A stretch of 63,635 bases of DNA, counting the filler, from Licmophora abbreviata (Eukaryota), in NCBI GenBank assembly GCA_900291995.1. It is 8 parts of 8 records of this genome, joined end to end, with 100 filler letters (N's around TTAATTAATTAA, not from the genome) between each part and the next. Parts side by side here need not be neighbours in the genome. Positions count along the whole stretch, not along the records: positions 1 to 22,569 come from OLMU01003419.1; positions 22,670 to 28,799 come from OLMU01003426.1; 6 more parts are not named here. One strand, 5' to 3'. The notes beneath the pieces are model-generated. The model was not told the origin of the DNA. It ran no database searches and saw only the letters and a program-made list of their open reading frames with translations. This document shows, one piece after another, positions 12,301-23,390 of this stretch (position 1 is its first letter; every line of letters begins with the position of its first letter). The position numbers were made by a program, and so were the translations under genes.

Positions 12301-12922
12301 AGGTAAGATTCGTGAAACACCCGCTGTCATCCTGGTCTCCATGCACCCCCGGCCTGACCAAAGTATCTCGCCCATTCGCACTGCAGTGATTCAATTCTCG
12401 GGTCTCTATGTCAACTCTGTCACTTACATTGGCATGGTGATCAGCATCGGTTTGATTGTTGACTACACGTATCATTTCTTGCTGCGCTACGTTGAGAGCA
12501 AGGGCTTCGATCGCGAAAAGCGAGTCAAGGAGTCCCTCCGGACAATTGGTGCGTCCATCCTGATGGGCGGCATGAGTACGTTGCTCGGCGTCGTCCCACT
12601 CGGCTTTTCCACGAGTGAGATTATCCGGACCGTCTTTGTTGTCTTTGTCGCTCTCGTGACACTCGGTTTGTCGCACGGATTGATTCTTCTGCCAGTGGTG
12701 CTGTCCATCATTGGTCCTCTCAATTATCTTCCTGAGCTGCATGGTGAGTTGGAGGAGGACAATCAAGTCAAGGTTCGAAGGGCGTCGCGATTGGTAGAGG
12801 AGAGTCAAGGGAACATTGAACAAGCTAGGGCGAAGGAAGGACAGGAGAAGACGCCTTCAGATTTTGAGAGAGATCTGGACGATGTGGCCCTGGACAAAAA
12901 ATCGAGTCCGTTGGACGTCTAG
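9379..12922 (+). CDS. Patched/NPC1-like sterol-sensing RND membrane protein (7 exons)
   Basis: Exons approx. 9379-9442, 9529-9755, 9882-10766, 10882-11643, 11733-12053, 12155-12302 and 12387-12922 join via GT-AG introns. Motifs PFVIFAVGVDDSF, SITLTTVT, IGLIVDYTYH and HGLILLPVVLS. Confidence 0.9.
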
Positions 12923-13621
12923 TTGCAGGCGGGATACTTCATGCTGGTAGTGTTGATTGCGGTGTCGGGTTACCCTTTGCCTTCCATTTTTTTCATTTGC
13001 TTCGTCATTCACGGAATCGCCTGACGCTCCTCTTCATGAGCGAGTTACATAGCAAAGGTTTACATAGTCAACACGTAGATTCGAATCAACCATCGTCGCG
13101 TGCGGTACGACCGAAGCGATAGAACTGAAGAAGCGCATAAGAAAGAGATTTTTCCGGCGCGATTACGCTTCCAACACACTTCCGACGGCATTGCGTTCGG
13201 ATCAGGCTGACAAGCTATCAATCCGCAGCACTCCAGCTGAATATTCTCGATGCGCGCGTATCGGTTCCCAATCATCGTCCTTCCCTACATTTGAAATACA
13301 CAATGTACCCCCGTTCATCGTCGCTGCACGATCGTTTGGTCACGAGCGGCGTACCGTACTTGCATCCAGGCGAAGGCGCAACGACTGCCTCTGTCGCGAC
13401 TCGACCCATACGGAATAATCGGGGAGGACGAAGCGGCCTGGGGGAGGGGCATCCCCGCGAGTAGCTTGATCTCGTTCTTTCATATCGTGTCCATCGACGA
13501 GCCAACGCCACTCTCAAATGATGGGTACATTCTAGACAAGCAGATGATTTCTTCCACCCATGATGTCCCTTACCCGTGCAGAAGGCCGTTGCCGGGTTCT
13601 ATTGAGGGGTCGTTCCGATGA

Positions 13622-13656
13622 TTCATTCGATTCCTGTTGTTCATTCGATTCCTGTT
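13622..13656. repeat. Short tandem duplication (17-bp unit x2)
   Basis: ttcattcgattcctgtt-g-ttcattcgattcctgtt. Confidence 0.8.
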
Positions 13657-14130
13657 ATGAAAGTCTACCGCCGGTCCGTTCAGTTCTTGCTGCCTCGGAC
13701 CGCAGAGCATCCCTTTAAGAGAAACAGCAAAGACAGCAAGACATTGAAAATGCGACGATTCCTGGCACCACGAAGGTTCATCTCGCCGTCATCGTGCGAT
13801 CGAGTCGAGTCAGTCGAATAGTCGCGTTTGTGATAGTGTGTCCATGTTGTTCGAGATGTTTCATGTGTCGGCACCGCCATCAGAGCTATCATAGGAACTT
13901 CAAAGTTGTGACCGAACTCAAAAGTAGGAAAGGTATTCATTCATTAGATAATTAAATTGATATTTTGAACCAGTAAGACCTCGTATAGAACCTACGTGAG
14001 TGCGTTGAGACATAAAATTTCAACATCAAGTTGTGAAAAGTGTATAAATTGTCCTCACGACTGCCCCGTTCCGTCGCGAATAATGCGCACAAACTTCGTT
14101 GCCGGTGTCTCTCGCACAAAAGCGATCACC

Positions 14131-16069
14131 ATGAAGCTTTCTTTGCCCCTCTTCGCTGCCGCTGTGGCCTGGAGTGTCTCTCAGACCCATGCGGATACTC
14201 TGGGAGGCATTCGCGCTCTGACGAGTATGAGCAACGCAGAGCCCTGCGCTGGTCAGCCGTCTGCTGTCATCGGGGAGACCGAGATGGAGCTTGTCAATAC
14301 CATCATGGAGATTCAGGGAGCGTAAGTAGTGCTCGAGCAAACCACTTGAACCTGCTTGATCGCTTTATTCTCATTGCACTTGCTCGTGCTTGATCTCTTA
14401 TCATCTTCATTGCAGCGGTTTGACGTCGTCTTTCCATAACAACATCGCGTACCGCGTCAAGGGGATTGTGACGGCAGTGTCGGGCTCTTCTACAGTGTTT
14501 CTGATGCAAGATCCAGAAGGCGATGGAGACCCAACTACCTCGGATGCGATTCTAGTCATACTATTTGATCCGTTCGAAGTGCAAGTTGGAGACCTGCTCG
14601 TCCTTGAGGAGGTACAAATTGTCGAATCCCAATCGCAACAGCCGCTAACAATCCAGGTATCACAAATATCCATGATCACCACCTTGTCTCGAAGCAATGC
14701 TCTACCTGATCCTGTCATCATTGGCGCCAATGGACGCCTTCCTCCCACCGAAAGCATGGAGGAGGGTGTTGCGTTCTGGGAAAGTCTCGAGAGCATGCTT
14801 GTCAAGGTCGAGACTCCGCTTCTCGTATCTCCTGTGATAAATGAGGCACTGGTATATGCCGTCACCGACGATGGAGATTACACGTCTGGGTTCAGCAGCC
14901 GTGGAACTCTCAACGTGAGTCCAAACGACTTCAACCCGGAACTCATTAGCATGGGGGTCAATTCAAATTTCTTCTATACGGCGCTACCCGATGCTCCGGT
15001 TGGCACGAAGCTAGATGATGTCTTCGGTGTTGTGATATCCTGCGCTGGCGACCGATACATGTGTGTGATGCCTCTCGAGGTAAGTAAGGGATCGTGCCAT
15101 TTTCATTACTGCTCCGGCATCAGCTCCGGTCTCACCGCTCCCACTTCTTTTTGCTTTCAGCACTTTGGAAAACTGGAAGATAGCTCACTTGAGCCCTCCG
15201 CTTCAACGTGCGAAACTGATCCCTTCACCATGTCTGTCGGGACATACAATATCGAAGGCATGTCAACCATGACCGACTACAACGATCTCGCCGAGGATGT
15301 TGTCAAATACATGGGCTTTCCTGACGTCCTCGCTCTTCAGGAGGCAAACGACACGAATCCGGTCGACCTGCATCTTCTCGTGGAGTACATTGGAAATTAC
15401 ACTGAAGGGCCTTCCACCTACGAAATCATTCCGTCTGGCGATGGTACTCCCATCCTCTACAATCCGTGGCGAGTGTCCTGGTATGACAGGACGACGGAAG
15501 CTATCAGTGAGAGTGGCGGCGACACGAGCCTTCCACTTCACTTGGCTGTCAAGCTCAAGTTCCTTCCTCTCGAGGTGAAGTTCGATGCGATCAACGTCCA
15601 ATTCACACCCAAGGTGGGAAACCCTGTCATGGGTGTCAACCAACCCTTCGAGAAGCTACAAGAGGTCCCGTCGATCAACGGAAATGTAGACGATCGTCTA
15701 CGCGAAAGTAACATTGTGCGCTCCCTCATAGAAGGTGACACACCTTTCGTCACCGATCCCAGCAAGGTCATCTTACTGGGTTCCATGTTTGAGAACGAGT
15801 TTGTGTCGCCAATCAAGAACCTGGAAGGGACCCCGTTGAAGAACTTGGTCAACGACATTCCCGTCGATGAGAGGTACTCTGTCATCAGCTCCGGGCAGTC
15901 GGAGGCATGGGACCATATCCTGGTGTCGGACTTTTTCTGTCCCAGCGCTCGCGGGGAGTACATCCATGTGAACGCGGAGTTCTTCGGTGAGACGAACCAC
16001 GATCCTATGGTCGGATGCCTGCAAATGCCGAGCGAGCACGCGATCTCTGGAGGCGGATCGCGCGACTAG
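14131..16069 (+). CDS. Secreted OB-fold + endonuclease/exonuclease/phosphatase (EEP) domain protein, bacterial extracellular-nuclease-like, with degenerate active site (3 exons)
   Basis: Signal peptide MKLSLPLFAAAVAWSVSQTHA; IMEIQG, VKGIVTAV, FLMQDPEGDGDPTTSDAI, FWESLESMLV, TYNIEG, ALQE, WDHILVS and HDPMV. Introns at 14322-14415 and 15080-15160. Confidence 0.8.
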
Positions 16070-16643
16070 TGAGCATCGGTCTCGCGTACAAGTAGTGAGT
16101 TTGGTTGTGTTTAGTGTGCGTGCCGAGTCAGTCGGGCTGCGGTTAGTTTTCTATGTTTTGATGTCGGGCCCTTTTAGAGAGATATCTCGTCCAGGTTTTT
16201 TGACAAGATACTAAGAGTGCTCGTGATACATATAATGTGTGACAAGGAAGTAAAGGTAGTCAGCTGGTGTAGCTGGTTCCATTCTACTCCGAGTATGTGA
16301 TTAGAGCTACCATTGATGGTTTGGTGTGTCGTGTCGTCCGGCAACGAGCTTGCTAGCGGAGGCACAGTAAGGCATCACTTTCTGTGCTGCCTCAGTAGCT
16401 GGAAGTTGGTCGGAGTACGAAGAAGTCACCTTTTCCCATCTTGTATCTTCAACGCACATGCAAGCGTATTCAGTATGCTCTCGTCGGCGCGGTGCGTGTT
16501 CTGTGTTCTTCTGGGATGGAAAAGTTTGTCTCGATGGAGCGATCGGCCACGGATGAGTACACTCGCCCTCTGCCACTTTGAATCGTTTCCAAGTCAAGGT
16601 AGAAGACACGAAATGAATGCCACTCTTGACAAGAGGCACAAAT

Positions 16644-17894
16644 CTATTTTCCTCTTCTCCACGCAGTGATTTCCGTAGCGCCCATGTCGTTCTCGGCGAT
16701 CTCTTTCACAGACAGGAACCTGGGACGCTGTACAACTCGCACGTTCGTCAGCGGTTTCGTTGGCTTCTTAATCAGTTGACTCACCCACGGATATAACTCA
16801 TTTGATTGCGTAATGTATCCTCTTTGACTGGCGATTGCCGGAAACAGACAGAATGTCGACGAGTCACACAGCATAGCCTTGGCGAGAACCATGCGGGCGT
16901 AGGTCGTGGTCAAACTCTCGCTCGGGTCATCGCGAACCGTCACAGTCACCGGATAATTTGATCTCAAATAATTCTCTGCATCCTTCACAATAGCATTGCA
17001 AGTTTCGACAAACGGACATTCCTTCGGCGAACAGTTGTCTTTGCTGAATGCTTTCGTGATAATGCCGATACTCTGAATACTTTGGTGTTCGTTCAGCACT
17101 TGATCATAGACAACGTACGGACTGTAACCATACTTTCCTTTGAAGAGTTTCGCATCAACTTTGTTCAGCATGTCGCCGCAGCGTATGTGGATGGCGATAT
17201 CGTCTATCTGCGTTCGATTGGCTTCGGGTTGGCGCTCCCAATCTTGAACGACTCCACGCAAGTCCTCTCGGATCGTCGGTGCCATATGATCGAGTCCACT
17301 AACACACACATGAGGAAAATTGGACCGACACTCTGAACAGATTTCTTGCCATTTGGATGGTGAATCCTGAGTACTGTTGGTAGTCATGGCATATTTGCGG
17401 CTAGTGGGAAGGCTTCCGAGTATCGACTGCGTTGGGTCCTCATCGGCACAGTTCAATTCCAAGAATGGCACACCGATGATGGCCGCGAGGAATTCGGTCA
17501 TATAAAATTGTCCGAGCTTGTTTCCCGTGGAAGACGAGGCACACGAAGTCTGAAATTGAATAGCAGGAGCGACAATTCGCAAATCATTCTCCAATACGTC
17601 GCAGAGACTTCGCCAGCCTTCTAGTTGGAGAGGCGGCGATGAAGTATGCTCGTCCAGAGTATTTCGAGAACTACTAGCAACCGGGTGCTCCACAGAGGTT
17701 ATCGTTTGTTCCGCTCGAGATATATCTTCGCTCATTTCTTCCTCCAAGAAGGAGTCATCGACCCGAAGCAAGCTCAGCGAGATGACAAAGTACGAACAGC
17801 AGATCAATAAGAAGACAATTGACCAGCGCCAGAGGAGACGGACGAGGTAGCGAGACCAGAGCTGCCTCGACTTTGCCTTTTGTATCGTCGTCAT
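16644..17894 (-). CDS. Type II membrane glycosyltransferase-like protein (alpha-1,2-/NodZ-type fucosyltransferase-like)
   Basis: N-terminal TM; STGNKLG, AIHIRCGD (HxRxGD GDP-fucose-binding-like) and SSTFCLFPA motifs. Confidence 0.65.
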   Translation of the reverse strand: MTTIQKAKSRQLWSRYLVRLLWRWSIVFLLICCSYFVISLSLLRVDDSFLEEEMSEDISRAEQTITSVEHPVASSSRNTLDEHTSSPPLQLEGWRSLCDVLENDLRIVAPAIQFQTSCASSSTGNKLGQFYMTEFLAAIIGVPFLELNCADEDPTQSILGSLPTSRKYAMTTNSTQDSPSKWQEICSECRSNFPHVCVSGLDHMAPTIREDLRGVVQDWERQPEANRTQIDDIAIHIRCGDMLNKVDAKLFKGKYGYSPYVVYDQVLNEHQSIQSIGIITKAFSKDNCSPKECPFVETCNAIVKDAENYLRSNYPVTVTVRDDPSESLTTTYARMVLAKAMLCDSSTFCLFPAIASQRGYITQSNELYPWVSQLIKKPTKPLTNVRVVQRPRFLSVKEIAENDMGATEITAWRRGK

Positions 17895-18225
17895 GAAGGA
17901 GTCGGTATTCTCTTGCGTCAGTATGAAAATCTTGATAAACTACCAGCGTTTCTCGGACAACACTCGTTCATGTCCCTCGTGATTGTGATCGGGCCACTGA
18001 GTGCGCGATGCCGTATCCGTGTTCGCGTTTTCCTGTGCCCTTTCATTGAAGGCAGTCACGCACCATAACACTAAAAACGTCAATCAGTGACAAATAATAC
18101 AAGAAAATACAGTCTCTAATACCTAAATAAAAAGAAGGATTCGCCCTTTGGGCCTAATGGATTTTTGTCGTCACAATTTCGGATTTGCCACCATACGGGA
18201 CTCTATCTAGTCTAGCCACGCTACA

Positions 18226-19563
18226 TTAATGCGCCCGTCGCCACTGGATAATGTCTGTCACATTCATTTTTCTTCGATGGATTTGCGTCACACCCAGATA
18301 GTCTTTCGGTCGCACAATCTTGACGCCTTCCACACGCGATGCCCACGGATATAGCTTGTCGGGTGTCGTGAGGACGCCCGTTCCAGAGGTCCCGATGGCG
18401 GGAAAGAGACAAAATGAGGAGGAATCACAAAAGACTTGTTTTGATAGAATCATCCGAGCGAACGACGATCGCACAGTGTCATTCTGCGTATTGTGAATGC
18501 GAATCTTGGCGTCGGGCAGCTTGCTCTTGAGATAGTCCTTCAAATCCCGTGCCAGCGTTCGACACGTATCGACAAATGGACAATCTAACTCACGACACTT
18601 TGTAGAGTCGAATGTGTTGGTAATAATACCAATCGAGCTGATGGATACAGAACTGTTGAACAAGACGTCATATGCACTGTAGGGAGAGTAGCCATAGTCA
18701 CGCGCTCCAAACACGTGACGGGCAAGAATGTCACCGCAGCGAAAGTGAATAATGGTGTCGTCCATAGAAAATGAAGAGTCTGTTTCCTCTTGATCCTGTT
18801 GCCAGTCACGAGACATTAGTTGCAAGTCCTGTTGCACTATGGGTGCCATCCATTCTAGACCCGATTTTCAGCCGTGTGGGAAGTGCGAGTCGCATGTTTG
18901 ACAGAGTTGTTGCCACGACGGCAGAGCAGTATGGATATCTCCACTACCGATGCTGCCGACTTGAGGTAGATGGTATGGAACCGATTGAGCTTCATATTGT
19001 GGCTTGTCCTTATAGTGATCTCGACAGGGCAATTGAAATTCATATCCGCTCGCCGCTGCAATTAGTCTTGTCATGAAAATGCTGCCGAGATTGTTACCCG
19101 TCGAGCCCCAATGACAGTACTTTTTATCGAGTTGAATGTAGTGAGTCGTATTGGACTTTGTTCGCAGAGACCCTCGTAAACTGCTAGAATCAGTATTGTT
19201 GGCTTGAAACAACAGAGAATGACAGAGCTCTTGGTGGCTGTATACATTCCATGGTTGCTTTTTGTTGGTCTCGTCGCCGCCATGTACGGTGGAGCGAATA
19301 TCATGCGCGCTTGTTTGGGAAAAGGACATGTCATCTCCAGTGATGCGTCTAGCGACGACGGAAGAAAAAGTCGAAGAAGAGGAGGAGAACATCGTAAACA
19401 TCTGATAAAGAACTTCGGTTTCTCCGCTGGGGATCATATTGACCCAGCAGTGAAGCATAATGCCGAGCATCGAGCACCATGATACACACAATTTCGTTCG
19501 CAGACTACAGCGCGTCGTCGTTGACGAAGACTGTCGCGACGGTTTGAGCGACAACACTCGCAT
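18226..19563 (-). CDS. Tandem paralog of the fucosyltransferase-like gene, interrupted by one in-frame TGA (18868-18870): pseudogene, sequence error or recoded codon
   Basis: ORFs 18868-19563 and 18226-18849 are in the same frame and read ...CDSHFPHG*KSGLEWMAP... Shares STGNNLG, IHFRCGD, YGYSPY and SSSFCLFPA with the neighbour. Confidence 0.7.
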
Positions 19564-20065
19564 CCTCCAACATAGGCTGACAAGAGAGCACTACCCCAAG
19601 AGACGCAAGACGGCTGTGAGCTGAGGACGACAAAGCTGTTGGTTGCCGAGCAAGTGCGAAAGTCTGATGCGGGCCGCATCACGATTTCAGATAAGGCAGG
19701 CAATACCATGAATCACGAGCGTGCGGAATTACTCGTGAGTGAGTCACGCACCTGTTACTGGCACGATATACGAGCATGCGGGATTGCGTGCACGCGAGGC
19801 TAAAAGCAGAATGGAATCATACGGCAGCTAAGTTCCTCGCGGGACATTGAAAGGTCTTGCAATGGTGTGTCTATGCTCTTGGTGCATGTCGAACTGCCGT
19901 GAAGTCATTGATCTAGAATCTCTAGCCTACGGTAGCAGTAGAGACTAGAGAAGAGTTAAGACTTTCTTTGTCTACGCACTCAAGGCCTCAAGGTATCTTC
20001 TATCTGTTCATTAACTCTCCGCTAACGCTCTTCGCTAACTTCACGTACTCGAGGCATGGGTCGAC

Positions 20066-22569
20066 TTAGACAACGCATGCGTTCTCAGCGCACTCGGTCG
20101 ACGGGGAGGCAAATTTACTGCATTGCCAGTTGGAAGTGCAACCAACGCACGCATTTTCCAAGCAAGCAAGTCCAGCTTCGTCCTTGCGGCACTGCCCATC
20201 GCGTTTGCATTCAACACACTTGTTGTCTACGCAATAGTCTCCGCCAAGAGAGCCGTTGCAATCTCCATTACGCTTGCAATCAACGCACTCGTTGGCGACG
20301 CAGTAGTCTCCCTCACCATCAATGCTACGGCACTGTCGGTTGGTTGAGCATCCACCAACGCTCGTATTCTCTACGCAAGCACGTCCCGCCCCATTTCTCC
20401 GGCACATACCATTGGACGTACAATCGACGCACACATGGTCAGTCGAGTCGCATCCTGCCGACATACCCATATCGGCGCAGGTCAAACAGACGCGCTTTGC
20501 GCCATCGGTATTGCGACGGCATTGGGAATTGGAGAGACAAGAGACGCACGTTCCTTGATCGCATGCAAAGCCAAGACCGCTATCGACACAGTCCTTGTTC
20601 ACAGTGCATTCTACATCGACCTGTTCGCAGTCTGGAACGCCGTTGCCATCCGCGTCTTCAAAAAACCCGGCACTAACAGGACTGTGATCCGAAGAGCGTG
20701 CCGGATTTGTGGCATCAAAATATGAAGGGTCTTTGCCAAAGTCCAAGTTGTAGTCCAGAGCATTCGCCTCATCTTCGTTGATATGCCAAACAGCAGCACT
20801 ACCAAAGCAAGACGAGAGGCCTTCGTTCAAGAGAATATAGTCCAGCGTTCCAATTTGACTATCGAACACAAAGCTGTAGTCAGTAGAGTCCTCGACGTTG
20901 TTGTACCCGGCGCCAATAAGAAACTGGATTGGATCTTCCATCGCGTACGCATTGAGGTCACCGATGATGGCGGCATTGTCGCACATAGTACCTGTTGGAT
21001 CAGTACCCAGCCAAACAGCCACGGCCTGAGCGGCAAGGAGACGTCGGTGGTTCCAGAAACCAGCGCCATCGCCCTGATCAAAATTGAGACTGAGGGTGTC
21101 TTGGAGACCACTTCTGCCTTTTGACTTGAAGTGATTGTTGACGATTGTGATGCATGAGTTTTGGAACTGGAATGTGGCAGCAATCGGTGCACGGTTAGTG
21201 GAAACGCCGTCGAAGATGGTACCATCCTCGTCTTGGTTCAGCAAGTCTTGGGCCACATCAGTATCGCGGAGAATCGCAGCAGACCCCGTCCATGAGACCG
21301 CCGCCGGCTTAAAAATGAAACCATTCGAAATGGCGTCACCCGAATCGACGTACTGCTCACCAGGATTGACTAGATCGTATGTGCCTTCCCCCGATACCGC
21401 GTTCAGGGCTTCGACAAGTGCTTCAAGAGCGTTCCCACTAGAGCCTGGCTGGAAATCGTTCTGCAGTTCCACGACACCAAAAATGTCGGCGTCAAGCGCA
21501 GTAATGCCCGTCACTAGTTTCTCCAGCTGGCGATCATGCTCAGCTTGACTGTCGGCACCACGGCATCCCAACGTCCCTGACGGTCCACAGACGCTTCCAT
21601 TGCCATCAAGGGTTGCAAAAAAGTTCAGAACGTTGAAGCTTGTGATCTTAAGGCTCCCAGTGATGTCCGGCGGAACCAAAGGACGTAGATTCTGCTTCCC
21701 AAACGTATTCTCTCCGTTCTCGGTACTAAGAATGCGGTACGTCGCATCACCAGACCCACCACTACCACGAGAAAAGCGGACAACGCCCGAAAGATTCTCG
21801 ATGAAGTCGCCCATTCGAAAAGCCGAATCAGTGGTATAATTAGGGCCGAATCCATCCAATATATCAATGCCGACGTTCTGAAATGAAGATCCATCATCAT
21901 ACGTGACAGTGCTTCGGGCCACGTCATCAAGATGAGCAGCGTAGCCAGCAACGTCAGGCGTGTTTAACTGAGTGAACTGGTATGGACGGTCACTTGCAAG
22001 ACGAATTTCATTGAAACGGGCCAACTGGAACTGCTCCGTGATTACGAGGCGGTCGATGAAGGAGACGCGCATTCCTTCAAAGCGCTCTAAGTCCGGAATG
22101 AGCTCACCATCAGCATTCGCAACTGACGCCTCCACTGGGAGGTCAACTGTAGCGGCGGATGGAAGCACGTTATTTGAGCTCGAAACAACAACCTCTGATA
22201 TACTGGAGATCTGAGTCTCGCCAAAAAACTCTTCAACGATGCCGGTGACTTGCACGAGGTCGCCAACATTGACATCGATACTCGGGGAGGACCCATCAAA
22301 CACGAAGATCCCCTCCGAAGTCATAGGATCGGTATCCGCGTCCGTATCTTCTTCCTGCAGAAAAAAGCCGCGTAGATTACGCAGATCGTCAGCATCGCCA
22401 TCTTGAAAGTCTCCCACCACAATGGCTTCGACAGTAACAGCCTCTCCAATTCTTGGAGATACGTCAATCGCTCCCTGGATTTCATGGATAAAGTAGAACA
22501 CTGGTTCCAGCGGAGGGGGGCCATCGCATTCGTTCGCGGCACCAGGAGTGGGAGAAGCAAGGATATAAG
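20066..22569 (-). CDS. ExeM/NucH-family extracellular endonuclease with C-terminal Cys-rich repeats; 5' end lost in the gap
   Basis: IHEIQG, GFFLQEED..D.DPMTSEGIFV, LERFEGMRV, SFNVLNFF, NHFKSKG, GDLNAY, GTLDY, WHINEDE and SSDHSP. The frame stays open to the gap (...SPTPGAANEC..., resembling the end of a lamin-tail domain). Confidence 0.92.
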
Positions 22570-22669
22570 NNNNNNNNNNNNNNNNNNNNNNNNNNNNNNN
22601 NNNNNNNNNNNNNTTAATTAATTAANNNNNNNNNNNNNNNNNNNNNNNNNNNNNNNNNNNNNNNNNNNN
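22570..22669. other. Assembly spacer N44-TTAATTAATTAA-N44 (same at 28800-28899, 30073-30172, 32983-33082, 39934-40033, 57045-57144, 58915-59014)
   Basis: Seven identical 100-nt blocks containing a six-frame-stop/PacI-type linker. Confidence 0.98.
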
Positions 22670-22840
22670 CTCCATTGAACGAATGCACATAATTAAAAGA
22701 ATCAGATCTACAAAAGAATAATCACGTGCCTGTGAAACGAGATTGTATGAGTAGATTGCTGGTAGCATCGTTCCGATTAACAGAGAGGTGCTGCCACGAA
22801 CACTTCCCATAGACTCTCGAGGGCGTAGCACCTTGGCTCT

Positions 22841-23390
22841 CTAATTCTTCTTCTTGGGAACTCGCGCCTTCTTCAACAGTCCTTCCAGCTCACCAGAGGA
22901 TGCGAGCTCGGACAACTCAGCACAACCGCCTACGCACTTTCCACCGATGAAGATCTTGGGCAAGCTGGTGGCACCGTTCTTCGTTTCGGAGGCCAGCGTC
23001 TGCCGGATGGCAGCCTCCTTTCCACCTAGTACAAACCATTCAGCCCCTAGTTCAATTTTAGTATACTGGTAGCCAGTAGCGTCTAGCAGCGACACAGCCT
23101 CGGAGCTAAACGGTGACAATCCGTACGTATAAATCAAAACTTTGCTCTTCTTCTTGGCAGCTGCAATGTCGGTCGCAGCGGCTTCCATTTCTGCTTTACC
23201 GAGGATGTTGGCACGCAGCGACGATTCCACTTTGAAGATAGGAGCCAGAAGTGACATGGCCTTTGGCGGCCGTGGCTATGACTGGATTAGCCGCGACAGA
23301 AAGCTCCGTCGCGACCGACTGCTTCCTCTTCGGGGCGAAAGCCCAAGCGGTGGGGATGAGAAGGATTGACAGGAGAGACGTGACCTTCAT
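22841..23390 (-). CDS. Plastid-targeted glutaredoxin-like protein, split by a 1-nt frameshift near 23260
   Basis: Signal+transit MKVTSLLSILLIPTAWA-FAP... in one frame. The Grx domain (YGLSPFS, TSLPKIFIGGKCVGGC) is in the adjacent frame, with no intron between them. Confidence 0.75.

Noticed and set aside
20066..22569. Bacterial contamination as the source of the nuclease contig end
   Set aside because: Contiguous without a gap with intron-containing eukaryotic genes; not fully excluded without read data.
22614..22625. TTAATTAATTAA palindromes as biological repeats or att sites
   Set aside because: Identical linker centred in every N-block; an assembly artefact.
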